Part shown: piece by piece, positions 1 to 11,198 of the stretch
Numbering within the stretch: position 1 is the first letter of the stretch
How the letters are laid out: each line of letters starts with the position of its first letter
Source: Schizochytrium sp. TIO01
Taxonomy: Eukaryota; Protista; Bigyra: Labyrinthulomycetes
Reading direction: 5' to 3'
Length of the DNA: 64,000 nucleotides
Assembly: GCA_004764695.1 (NCBI GenBank)
Contig: SMSO01000014.1
Span: 4,474,845 to 4,538,844, forward strand
Made by a program: the position numbers and the translations under genes
Notes under the pieces: generated by a model
The model's input: only the letters and a program-made list of their open reading frames with translations
Database searches by the model: none
What the model was told of the DNA's origin: nothing

Positions 1-2400
1 ATGGTGCTGTAAAGACACAGATCTCATCATCAACAAAGAGTACAGAGGTTCTAGCTGATAGGAATATTACTTACATACGAGCAAGCATGCTGAAATGTAT
101 TCAGTGAAGTTTGCACGGATAAATTTGAAAACACTTGAACAGATGGATCCAATGACTCAGCGATAGGGGTATTTTTTGGTAATAGCTCGTTTGAATTCGT
201 TTAATGTGTCTAGAGAAGGTCTTGATGCCTCAACACTACAAGCAATGAGACTCTTCAGCGTTTACGCTTCCTCACCAAGTAGCTTCCCCTCTCGAATGAA
301 CGGATTTTTGTTTACTGCTTCTGCGGTTAAAGAGATCTAAACAATTGACTGATGGAATTCGTCGAGTTTTTGCCTGCATTCAAATGAGTGAGGCATTAAT
401 GTGAGACTTTAACGGTAAGGAACAAGAGTACGCTTCTTATTGAGTGTTGAGTCTTTGAATCACAACTTTTGCAGGAGATAGTGCCACACAGTGGGCCTCT
501 TCAACAATTCTCGGAATTGCATGTTCTGTTTCTTAATTATGGCGGTGCCTTTTGCCGGCGTTAAGTTATTACTAGGCCAGATGCTGATAAAACTGCCCAC
601 GAGACCTAGCACTTACCAAGCATCATTGGTTTCTTCCTGCTCTTCGCGAGTTTTGTAGTATGTCCACGCCACAAACGCCCTTCGTGGCGTTATTGGTTGG
701 CAATAAATTCTCTTGCGAAGAGAACTTATCTAATCCTTATCGATCTTGTTGAGATTTCTAATCAAAGAATCATGTGAACAACACAGTGCGTAGCTTCTTG
801 GTGTACCTTTGTAAGACCTCGAAGAGTAAGGCGATGAATAGGATAAGAAGCAGGCAATCAGATGCGTGACTGCGGATTCAAAGAAAGCCAAGGCACAAAA
901 GGTGCACAGGCACCTTGGTAGAGCGTGTATGGCGAGATTTACTTTGATGGTTGAAGAGGCAAGTGAATTAAACCTCTTCAAATATGTCTAGCTCTGTTCT
1001 AGGCTTTCGATTGTGATATAGATTTGCCTATCATGGGATATCATGAACAGCAGATCGCTAACTCTAACGAGCCAAAGGTTCTTGCTATTTTCCGAGCTCT
1101 CCTAAGTTTTAAAAGCCTTTTATAGGCCTTCTTCAAGTCTCTTGCCTTCGTCTTCATAGTCAACCTTCATCTGTCCAGACTCAATTTGAGCAAGGCTGGG
1201 CCACTTTGTCGATGATCTTTTCCTGAACGAAAGAAGAAGAAGAAGAGATTTTCCAGAACGCCAACAAGCGCAAATGAATTTGAGACTCGAGCTGGTGCTT
1301 CCATGAGCAACTACATGGCCTTGACAGCAAATAATAATTCAGGTTAAGATTTCTTAGTTTATCATCTTTGCTTGACTTTGATGTCCAAGCATTGAGTAGT
1401 GCTGTATACATTTGGATAGAACATACGTAGAGCACTTTATATTGGTAACCATCATATTTTGGAACATGGTGGCCAAAGTAAGTTCTGCTACATGTTTCTG
1501 CTGGATGCCAGTACTCTCTGTCCAGCTTGCCTTTCTAGGTACAGGCATGTTTCGGAATCTATATGTGTCACGATTTGATAAATTCTTCCATAGGAATGGC
1601 GTCGCACAGTCTAAAGAGAACTAACTCAAAAGAAGGAGCTCGCTTTTTCTAGAAGTGAATCAGCAGTGCTCAAATGGTGTTATTTCAGGTCCTTCGAATC
1701 ATCCTCGATGAGGCAATCATATATCATAAAAGCTTGGACAAAATCATACAGGATTACCATCCAGCAAAACTTTTGAAATACCAATCAATTGTAGAAATGG
1801 GAGCGAAATAGAACCGTCGAATACTTCTCTTGATACCCACGCATGGTGTGCACACATGTAGCTAAGAACCATAAGCATACGTTTGTATCGCACAGGTACT
1901 TCAAGCACTCTCTAAAGTCCAACTGAAAACATAAACTTAGCAGAGGTTTTGAGGTTCGCACCTCTGAAGGATGCTGAGCGTAGTGGATTGTTTGAACGTA
2001 ACGCTTAGGTATGAGACCAATAAATGTTTTCCAAGAACAATCATCGCGTACGCCAATACTTCTCTAACAGCAGACTGGATCGACATGTTCGAAAGGAAGT
2101 CACCATCTAGTCCGTCATGGAACTTCAATCCCCAGCGAGCCGAGCGTTGATATTATGATGTATTAGCGCGTCCATCCGCATGCACGTTCTAACATCCCGA
2201 CTAGACATTACATTTTTTGCCTTTCCCTCGCCCATAATATCGGACACAATTTGCGTCTCCAGGAATTCCTCGACATTGCCCTTTCCTTTGATACACTGAC
2301 TCATCAATGCATCGGGGGTTCTTCGAGCAGGCTCGTGGCTGAGGCTTACTTCTCTTTTCTATGAGCGAGGAATCCTGTTTCAACGGCTACGGAGTGCCTA
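1..2400 (-). pseudogene. Decayed coding element, partly homologous to the N-terminal/REC region of the Fanzor at 58989-59570; probably continues beyond the left edge of the window
   Basis: Stop-interrupted, protein-like minus-strand frames. Colinear nucleotide matches to 58989-59570 include atggttgaagagg (~947 vs ~59072), cagcagatcgctaactct vs cagcagctcgctaactct, tcttgccttcgtcttcatagtcaaccttcatctg vs tcttgccttcatctttgcagtcaaccttcagctg (QMKVDYEDEGK vs QLKVDCKDEGK), and caaataataat (NYYL vs HYYL). Boundaries are approximate. Confidence 0.4.
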
Positions 2401-4217
2401 CCTATCTAGCTAGGTACCTGCATCTACGCTTATGTGCCGCTCAGTTCTTTTCGATGATCAACTAAATGACATAGCACTAAATAGCAAAGCGGTGATCGAC
2501 CACTGTTTGCGATTACTACAAATAGATAAGAACAGTTTGACCCCATTGAGTTTTCCCAATTCCATTCTTCAGAAAGATCATTAAGTTATAAGGGAATATG
2601 GAGAAGAATGCATACAGATCGATTGATCCACCATTGGGTTATTATAAGTGTCGATGGCGCACGAGAACTCGGCCTCCATTTCCACACCCAGGCCTGCAGC
2701 ACACCGTCGACCCGGGCATGGTGGAGGTCCACGATGTGCGGTGCGAGGTCGAGCTGCAGAGCAGGTCAGCCATCGGTCGGTCGGTCAGTTCGACCACTTG
2801 AAGTTGGTTGGATGGATGGTTAGTTAGTTTGTTGGTTAGTTAAAGGTTTAATGAGTCAGGTTTTTTCCTTTTAAAATAAAAATGTATGATCATCATACTT
2901 CCCATAGCAATAGAGGACAGAGTGAAAGAAATCAGCGATTCCAAGTGTATTTATCGAGAAATATATATTGCTATGCTGTCGCAACGATGATTATTTGAGA
3001 CGATCTATGGAGATCTCTGGCTTCTCGATGTGGCATGCATTCATGTATATCAAGATTGGGCAGGACACAGACACTTGCTTTACATCGAGGATGAGATTGC
3101 ATTCGTTTGCACGTCTAGAGGACTACTAGTACCATTATAGGTGCTAAGTACGAAGTAAATACTAACGTGTATACGAATTCTTTTCTTGTTGTTCACCATT
3201 TCTGAAGGCTGCTCATTTTGCACCTCATTGAACAGTAGTAAAAGTAAGCGTGGGAAGGATTCTAGTTCATTAACACGCCAAGGACCTCGACACAGCTGGT
3301 CTCGTACATATTGTTCCATTCTAGACTTCGAGTTCGCTATACTGCCTTGATGATGGCGCAAATTTATTATTGTGCGAATAAAGTATCCATGACGATATGA
3401 TTTTTCGCGCTGAGAATTAAAAAAAAGAAAATGAAGAAAAGAATTAAATCGATATTGAAAAATAAACACACCTTCTTTGCACAACACTGCTAATAGACAA
3501 ACCCGCAACAAAGAGCCAACCCAGTCAGGGCCCGATTCCTGCGCTGCAAAGGACTTGATCAAGCCAACCGCCGTCTGGCCCATCGGCAGGGGCTTGTCAA
3601 CGGGCCTTTCTTAGTTTCTATCTCGTGAACACTCGGTTGCTGTTTCTGCATTCGTCGTTTTTGTTGTTGATACTGTTAACATTGATTGTGGTGGCGTTAG
3701 TTAGTTAATAGCTTTATTGAGTACTTGAGCTCGCCAGCACCTCGGCAGTATTGAAAGTTGCTGCGCTCTCGGGTTTACAGCGACTCTCTTCGGCAGGGCC
3801 TGCTATCGTTGCGGCCCTTCGTAAGGCATTTGAGTCTTCGAGAAGGAGACTCACTGTGGAATTTGCTTTAAAATATATACTATTGAAATATCAGGACGCT
3901 TGGTGACAGAACTATCTTGGGTGCCGACCTTCCTGGCTGTGCTAGGCAGGAGGTTGCGTCGATTGTGTTTCCCTGCTATCTATACCCTTGGTTCTCCCCC
4001 AAAGACACCGAATATAGTTAACTGGAAAGGCCTTTAGCGAAATTAAAGTCGTCTCTGGTCACAGCTCCAGAACGTGCTTGATAATTCACGGGTTGTTGAT
4101 TCTTGTGAAGATACCCTGAGAACATCTTGGTACAGAAGGTGGTGAAGAGGCTGAAGAGATCCTGTGCGGGCCCATCCGAGGGCCCTGCGTATCAGCACAT
4201 TGCCAGTGTAAGCAGCC

Positions 4218-7200
4218 ATGAACAACAACAATTTAACCAAAAGGCTCGTGGAATATTTCATTGTTGTGGGCATTGATGAATTTGAGGGGCTTTCTCGAGC
4301 AGAGGATCAGCGCCCGTTCGTGATAAGCAATGAGCCTCAAGACAAGGCCTCAGATGATGTGGATGACTTAGCCAAGGCAAAGCTCAAGGTTGGCGTCCTT
4401 AGCCGATATCCAGATCTGGACCATGCCGACGTGCCTTTCCCAAGTGGTGTACCCGTGTTTTGTTTTCCAAACGGCGGCGCGGAGTTAACAGATCGTATGG
4501 AGATGCCCAAATTCTTTGAGTTTGTCAGCACAGGGGATAACGGATCACACATTTTTGGTTTTGTTCTGTTAATATACGAACCGATCAACCGAGAATTGTA
4601 TACAGAATCAATGATCGAAAGCGAGATCACATTCCACGCACCCAAATGTCTATGCCTGCTTTCTCACTGGCCCTTTCGCAGCCAGTTCCGCACATTCTTA
4701 ACAACACTTTATAGGCTTTCTTTGAGTCCAATAACTGCTCCCCTGGAGCGTGTTGTGAGCAACTTTGTTTCTGAAGTCCCGCTTCCCCCGGCAGGAAGAA
4801 TTCGTGTACAGTACCAAGTGGGCGACACTGAACTAACTTTCACTCGTCCGCCTGCAAACAACCCAATCTCTTGGACTGATATTGGTTTTCAACAGGTGTT
4901 CGAGTGTTTGGACCTGCAAAACATCTTGCTCGTGTTTTCAGCTCTGCTCACGGAGCGGCAAGTTCTCGTTCGCTCGTCGCAACTGAGTCTTCTTGGCGCA
5001 TGCGGAGAAGCGTTTCGTGCTTTAATCTATCCCCTAGTGTGGAGCCATGTGTATATTCCTGTACTCCCTTATGCCATGTTGATGGTGATGCAGGCCCCCC
5101 TACCTTATTTAATTGGAATCCACGAAGACACCTTTCGTCTTGCCATAGAAGAGGGTTACGAGATTCCCCCAACTGCCGTGGTTGTTGATCTGGATCGCAA
5201 CAAAGTGATGGTGTCATCTAAAGATTTTGCAATTATGGAATTACCCATGCACGACTGTAAAAAGTTGCTAGGGCGCATTCAGCAATGTGCTCCTGCTTTC
5301 GAACGACGCTCCATGTCTTGGAGCGAGGACGAGCTTCCAAATATGGATTTGGCAATTAGTCACGCTGCTCGCCCGTATGAGATTGATGATGACACGGCTG
5401 CGTATGTGCGGAAAATTGCGCAGTCTGGGTCAGACTACGACGCTTCTGGGGTTCATTCTGTATGGCGAACGTTGCCTGATGGTTCATGCAACTGGCCAAT
5501 GGTTCGTACTGCGTTTTTCCGTTTCTTTGTCTCTATTTTGCGCGACTATCGCGAGTTCTTGGTCTACCCAGTACAAAAGCCTGGGTCGCCGCGGCGCCGT
5601 GGCATGTCCCGAGCGCAACGTGAAGCGGCATTGGGTTCATTTAACGCAGAAGGCTTTCTTATGCGTAGACGTCGAGCTAATGAGCGGAACTTTATGGCGG
5701 TTCTAGTTGATACTCAGCATTTTCAGTGTTTTATTGCAGAACGTCTGCACCCTGATGGTGCTCACGATGCGGATGTGGTATTTTTTGAGCAGTCCTTAGA
5801 AGCAAAATTAAATCGTAGCTTCTTCACCAAGCTCATTCCTGGTATGAAAGCTGAGACACCGTTTTTGGACGATCGTCAATATTCAATATCCAAAACCGTG
5901 GTGGCTAATGGACCTGATCAAACCCCTGTGCTTCTTGCGACAGAGTCTTGGATGCCGCTTCAACCACACTTTGGTTATGAACGCTTCCCGCGTTTACGTG
6001 TTAGTTTGTTTGGTTTAATTCGTCCCATGCCAGACACAGGAGCAGAAATGGAGCGTTCGGAAGGCCTCTTGGCAAACAAGTCACACCTTTTGCGTAAGCA
6101 TCGAACCCCAGGTCATGAGGACGACGATTTTGGTTCAGCTTCTGATGCAATTTACGCAACATGGTTCATCTTGTTCTGCTCATCTATTGGTCGACAGACA
6201 GAGAATTGGCTTGCTATTGAGCAGTACGACGCCCGACTGGGCCCCTTTTCAGGTCGCATGTCTGTGGATAGCACTTCATCGTCAGTGCGGACAATGACTG
6301 AGCTGGACCCTGACTCTGGGCGCGTTCGCGCTGATAGCGATGCCTCAAGTCAATTTCGAGGTGGCACACGAATGTCTGTTTCGAGTTACGACGAGGTAAA
6401 GCGCGCAGAGACCTCATTGATTGATCTCGCCACAGCCTTTGAGGTTCTGGAGGCCTCTCAGCAGTGGTCAAACGCAGTAGATGAGATTGTTTATCGTGCG
6501 CTCATTGACGCATGTGGCCGTTGTGGTGCAACTGACCACGCCATTCGTGTTCTTGGTATGATGCATGAGTCAGGTGTCACAGTGGATTCTCTGATCTATT
6601 CCAATTTTGTACAATCTTTCAGTATGAATGGCGATGCAAGGTCGTTCAAGATGGATATCCTTGACTGGAAAAAGCTACGACAAGAGGTTAAGGCTGCAAA
6701 TCAGCGTATTGAGCGCTCTATGCGGGAGCTTGCCCATCGTAGCTTTGCGTCATCGACAGGTTCATCAAGTGGTTCTCGGGCGAGAAGACATCGTCTGAAT
6801 AGTGGGATTCGCAGCCGCAAGGGAACACTCGTGCGCCAACTCCAGACTGCGACACCACCACTGCCACAACACGGACGAACTATGTCTGGAGGTGGTAGTG
6901 AAGGTGTGCCTGGGGGACACAAGCGAGTCGCTTCGGACTCGCTCAAGGCTTTCATGTTGTCTTCGTTTACTCCTGAATCCGGAGGTAGTAGTAGTGCGGG
7001 TAGCAATGCAAGTCCCATGTCTCCTGCACTAAGAACTTTTGCGAGCACAGGTACTCCACTCCCTAGCGTGCGGCGCACGATGCAACATTGGGGTTCGCGT
7101 TCTCGCGCCCCGGAAGGTTGTGACAGTGCTGACATGGAGCGCAAGCCAAGTACAAGTTCCCGCTCAAGTGCAGCGAATAGCGCAGGGCGCAAGAATTCTC

Positions 7201-8765
7201 GCTTTGATGCAAGTCGCATGTTTCAATCTTTCATGTTTGGCAACAACAAACAGCCTTCAAGCCCCCCTGTGGAGAGTACAAGATCTCAGAACTCAGCTAT
7301 TTCGTCACCTGGGTTGTATGGGGCGCTGAGTCAGAGTGGCGATTCCTCGCCTGAGGCGGATATGGTAGCAAAATCTTTACCTGTAAGTCCGGCAGCATCA
7401 ACCCCACCTCCACATCTTGAACCACTCACGATTCAGATTAGCACAGAAAACCTAGGGGCAATTGCAAAGGTCTCTGGGCCAGGAGGCTCTTCGTCATCAT
7501 CTTCAGAGCAACAGAACCAACAACAAAGCCAAAGTGACGCAGAGCCAGCGTCTGCTGGTCTGAGAGCGGAGCGTCTGGATCTTGACCACATTTTTCCATG
7601 CTTGGAGATTGACACCGAGCGAGAAACATGCCCGCAGTGCAACCGCATGATTCACAATGATGATATCCGCAAAGGCTGGGACACAGACCCGAACGACTAC
7701 AACACTGAATGCCCTTCGTGCGGTCGCAAGTTTGTTGCGTTTTTCACTGTTTTCTCTTCTGATGAGGAATGGGTAGGCTCGCGAGGGCCTTGTACGCCTC
7801 TCTTCTGTGAGTTCTTGCCTCCATGGGCACTTTCAAAAGAGGTACGAACTATCTTGGAGAATCATTCTATTGATTATGTGTGCTGTCCTGCGTTTCGGGA
7901 GTACAAGGCAACTGTGTTTTGGAATCTTGTCCTGTACTTTAGCGAGTTTAGCCTTCCTCTCGAGTTTCTCACAGGTCCGCCTGCGACAGACCCTGATTTT
8001 TCAGATATCGATGCATTTGCTCTTAATGCAATTGGTGTAGTCTTACCTACAACGGTACGCAAGTCTCGGCAGAGTGGTGGCGAGCAAACAGTGGTGAGCA
8101 GTGGCGAGGAGAGCGGTGCAGAAGACGGGTTTGACGGGACTTCACAGACCGCGGAGATCGAGGCTTTGCCCACCAAGAACCGCGCTGATCCCTTGAAGGT
8201 TGCAGAGGGCCTACGGAGAAGCAGTGCTACCAGTATTTCGAAAAGAGCCCTTTCTGTGGAAACTAAAGCTTCTGCTTCTTTGATAACATCAGGCTCGCAC
8301 GCACGCCTCGCGATTCAAGATGCTACTTCCGAATTTGCGAGCGAGGATGAGGAAAGTAAGGCAAGATCTGGGACTTTGAGTGTAGCTGAAGACTCATTTG
8401 CTGATAGCTCCACCTCCGCCTCAAGAGCGTTTGATGCACAAGAGGCTGGTGGGTCCAGGGCTCACCATCACAGCTTGGATCTTTCGTTCGCTGGGACAAC
8501 AACTTTAGGCGAGCCAGCCTCATCATCGCCCATGGCTCCACCGCGTATCTCGCATTCGCAAAAATCTAAGTCTTGGTCTGCTTTGGGTCCGGATGAGCCT
8601 CGACGTCCTCGCTACTCGGCGTCCAAGTCACCCTCCACTGCACTTGCCTCGACTCGCAACATGAAGAGTGTTACCGGAGACTTTTCGAAGGGAGAGTCTA
8701 GTTTTACCTCTCGAAATGTGAAAGAGGCGGCTATTCGTCGGCGCAGTGTTGTACTGGATCAATAA
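4218..8765 (+). CDS. DENN-domain Rab GEF, DENND4/Crag-like (uDENN-cDENN-dDENN, PPR, C-terminal Cys-rich region), 1515 aa, intronless
   Basis: LVEYFIVVG...RYP...FCFPNG (uDENN); PKCLCLLSHWPF and LIYPLVWSHVYIPVLP...QAPLPYLIG (cDENN); FFRFFVSILRDY and TQHFQCFIAER (dDENN); PPR-like DEIVYRALIDACGRCG; C-terminal CPQC...GW...CPSC and FWNLVLYF, characteristic of the DENND4 family. Confidence 0.9.
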   Translation: MNNNNLTKRLVEYFIVVGIDEFEGLSRAEDQRPFVISNEPQDKASDDVDDLAKAKLKVGVLSRYPDLDHADVPFPSGVPVFCFPNGGAELTDRMEMPKFFEFVSTGDNGSHIFGFVLLIYEPINRELYTESMIESEITFHAPKCLCLLSHWPFRSQFRTFLTTLYRLSLSPITAPLERVVSNFVSEVPLPPAGRIRVQYQVGDTELTFTRPPANNPISWTDIGFQQVFECLDLQNILLVFSALLTERQVLVRSSQLSLLGACGEAFRALIYPLVWSHVYIPVLPYAMLMVMQAPLPYLIGIHEDTFRLAIEEGYEIPPTAVVVDLDRNKVMVSSKDFAIMELPMHDCKKLLGRIQQCAPAFERRSMSWSEDELPNMDLAISHAARPYEIDDDTAAYVRKIAQSGSDYDASGVHSVWRTLPDGSCNWPMVRTAFFRFFVSILRDYREFLVYPVQKPGSPRRRGMSRAQREAALGSFNAEGFLMRRRRANERNFMAVLVDTQHFQCFIAERLHPDGAHDADVVFFEQSLEAKLNRSFFTKLIPGMKAETPFLDDRQYSISKTVVANGPDQTPVLLATESWMPLQPHFGYERFPRLRVSLFGLIRPMPDTGAEMERSEGLLANKSHLLRKHRTPGHEDDDFGSASDAIYATWFILFCSSIGRQTENWLAIEQYDARLGPFSGRMSVDSTSSSVRTMTELDPDSGRVRADSDASSQFRGGTRMSVSSYDEVKRAETSLIDLATAFEVLEASQQWSNAVDEIVYRALIDACGRCGATDHAIRVLGMMHESGVTVDSLIYSNFVQSFSMNGDARSFKMDILDWKKLRQEVKAANQRIERSMRELAHRSFASSTGSSSGSRARRHRLNSGIRSRKGTLVRQLQTATPPLPQHGRTMSGGGSEGVPGGHKRVASDSLKAFMLSSFTPESGGSSSAGSNASPMSPALRTFASTGTPLPSVRRTMQHWGSRSRAPEGCDSADMERKPSTSSRSSAANSAGRKNSRFDASRMFQSFMFGNNKQPSSPPVESTRSQNSAISSPGLYGALSQSGDSSPEADMVAKSLPVSPAASTPPPHLEPLTIQISTENLGAIAKVSGPGGSSSSSSEQQNQQQSQSDAEPASAGLRAERLDLDHIFPCLEIDTERETCPQCNRMIHNDDIRKGWDTDPNDYNTECPSCGRKFVAFFTVFSSDEEWVGSRGPCTPLFCEFLPPWALSKEVRTILENHSIDYVCCPAFREYKATVFWNLVLYFSEFSLPLEFLTGPPATDPDFSDIDAFALNAIGVVLPTTVRKSRQSGGEQTVVSSGEESGAEDGFDGTSQTAEIEALPTKNRADPLKVAEGLRRSSATSISKRALSVETKASASLITSGSHARLAIQDATSEFASEDEESKARSGTLSVAEDSFADSSTSASRAFDAQEAGGSRAHHHSLDLSFAGTTTLGEPASSSPMAPPRISHSQKSKSWSALGPDEPRRPRYSASKSPSTALASTRNMKSVTGDFSKGESSFTSRNVKEAAIRRRSVVLDQ

Positions 8766-11170
8766 GAGGGAAACATACTCTATTATTTTTGTATCGGTTC
8801 CGGCGTGGCCTTGCTTGTTAAAAATGTACCGCTTTAAAAGCGTTCTTCTCGTAAGAAGAGGGTTTTGGCCATGAGTTTAAGAAGAGGAAGAACTAGGCGC
8901 TTTCTCCCCCTTTTCTTTCGTGCTTGTTCCCCACAAGAAATGTATTAGCAAAGTCCGCATGTGTGTTTTTGTATGTTTATTTTTTATGTTCTTCAGCTCG
9001 CTTCTTATTTGTTGCTTCGTGTCTCGTCCACTTGCTCTTTGATTAATTTTATTTTGTTATTATTATTTTAATAAAGTAGAGACGATTCCTTTTCTCTTCA
9101 CTCCCTCCGCACGGGCAGCACACTAGGTAGGCAGTTTTCCAAGTAAAGTTCTGATGATACCTCTCTACAGTGGTTTGGCAGACAACTTATACAATCGATT
9201 CCAAGTCAGTACCTCTGACTAGTGAGAACGTGACGGCGCTTTTGGGACGATGCTGCATTTGCCTAACTTCCAAGTGGCGAAGCGCAGCACCATTGAAACG
9301 CCGCAGAGAGCCTTTTGATTCCTTGCTTGCACGCACTTGCGTTGACTTCGCAAGTTTGAGCTTGCGTTTCAAGCTTGAAGTTCAAGATTTGCACAGCATC
9401 ACTCCGGGCCTTCCAAGTCTCGCACTACCCAGTTCATCGTGTGCTCTCCACGATCCGGGTTCTATCTCCGTCTAGTTCCGCGCTCTTTCCTGTTATCCTG
9501 TTTCGTCGTCTCGGGCTTTAGCTCTCCAAGCTCTTGAAGCTCTTCGAGTTCTAGGCAGGTGCTTCCACAAACTTATAAGCTACACAAGTTCACAAGCTAC
9601 AGCTTAAGCTAGAACCTCAGCGCGTGCTTCACGCATCGCAAAGCACGTATGCATGCATGAGCCTGATCGTCGTCCCCTCTTCGAGCTTGCCCATCATTTC
9701 TCCAGGCTTGATGAGCGTGCTCGACCGCCTCAATGACCTTCAACGAGCCATTTTCCGCCGCCAGTATCCCAAGCCTCGAGCCGGAACAAGTTGAGACTGA
9801 CCTCCCTCCACAAAGTCCGTCAAATCCTTCTTCGATGCAGACCATCATCGTCTCAAAGTTCTTCAGAGCGAACTTTCATCAATCATTCCATGAACGCCGC
9901 CACAATCGTCGCGGCTAGGGTAAGCCCTATCCGCCCCTAGTACACACCATTGAGCCTCTGGGGCGGACACAACTTTGGTTTCTGTAGTGCTTCTCGTGGA
10001 AAGAGTGCCTAGGAGCGGACAGTGAGTAAGTAAGTAAGCAATATGAAGGTTTGCTCAGAGTCAGAGAGAGGATTGGTTATCGGCAGCGCCACTAACGCTG
10101 TTCAGAACTAGTGCGGCCTCTGGGCTCTTTGACTGCCTGCCCTTTTATGAAGGGGTTTATCATTTCAGAGGAGGTGTGCCGTACTTGCGAAGAATCTTTG
10201 GTTTGACCGTCGTTTTATCCAGAGTTCCTGTCTCTACGTTCACAACGCGAGAATTGATGAAGTATGATATATATAGCTAATGAAAGCAAGTTGTTTTAAA
10301 ACGAAAAGGAATTTGTTCGAGTTTATTTTCAAGTTAGAAAAAGGAAAAAGAGAAAAAAGAAGTCTATTACAATTTTAAATGTAGTTAAAAAAAAATAAAA
10401 AATTCTTCGAGTCTGTTCTATGACAAGTAATCAATATATCCTTGAGGGGAGGAAACGGGAAAACGAAAAGAAAGTAACAAATCAACAAAGCGAAAAACGA
10501 AAAGAGAAACAAAACAAACAAACAAACAAACAAACAAACAAACAACAGTGACGAATCAGGAATCGTTGCCTGAAAGTGAAACAGTTCAGGGTGGGTCATC
10601 TTCTCTTCTCAGGCGTACGTACAATTCGCGATGGACAGACTCTTTCTGGTCTCCCACCTTCTCCAAACCCCTTCTTCGTCATCGTCTTCGTCTTCGTCGT
10701 CATCTTCTTCTGCAGAGTCCATGACACACGCATTCGATGAGGTCTATCTTCGATCGACCTTTGGCAATTTCTGAGATTGAGCCGTTGAATGACTTTATGC
10801 GATGTGATTTGATTTCGTCGTTGTCGTCGTCGTCGCCGCCGCCGTCAACCACGGCTCCCGCATCCTCGAGCGGCGAAGAGACCGCGTTGCTTGGCCGGCA
10901 AGAGGAGCTGCTCCGCCACGCGTCGATTGAGCCCGTTCTGATCTACGAGCACCTCGGATCCTCAAGAGGTCAGCCTGCTCGTGCGAGTGTCGTTGGAGAA
11001 GAAACCGTGGCAACCGTGGCACGAGCGAAGAGTACCGTTGCGACGTCACCGCCGTGGGTCTCGCCGGCGAGCTTCTCGAGCTCGAGCGAGCGACTTCGAC
11101 GCCCCTCCCCGGGCCCCTCGAGGCTGTCTTCGTCCACGACCTCGTGGGCTCCGAGCACAGCCAACTGGCT

Positions 11171-11198
11171 CATCGATCGATCGATCGATCGATCGATC
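11171..11198. repeat. (ATCG)n self-complementary microsatellite
   Basis: catcgatcgatcgatcgatcgatcgatc. Confidence 0.9.

Noticed and set aside
3080-3583. 167-aa minus-strand ORF
   Set aside because: Crosses AT-rich promoter-like sequence upstream of the DENN gene; no motif or coding-like composition.
9170-9960. Possible retroelement 5' end or gag fragment
   Set aside because: No LTR pair, PBS or protein motif identified.
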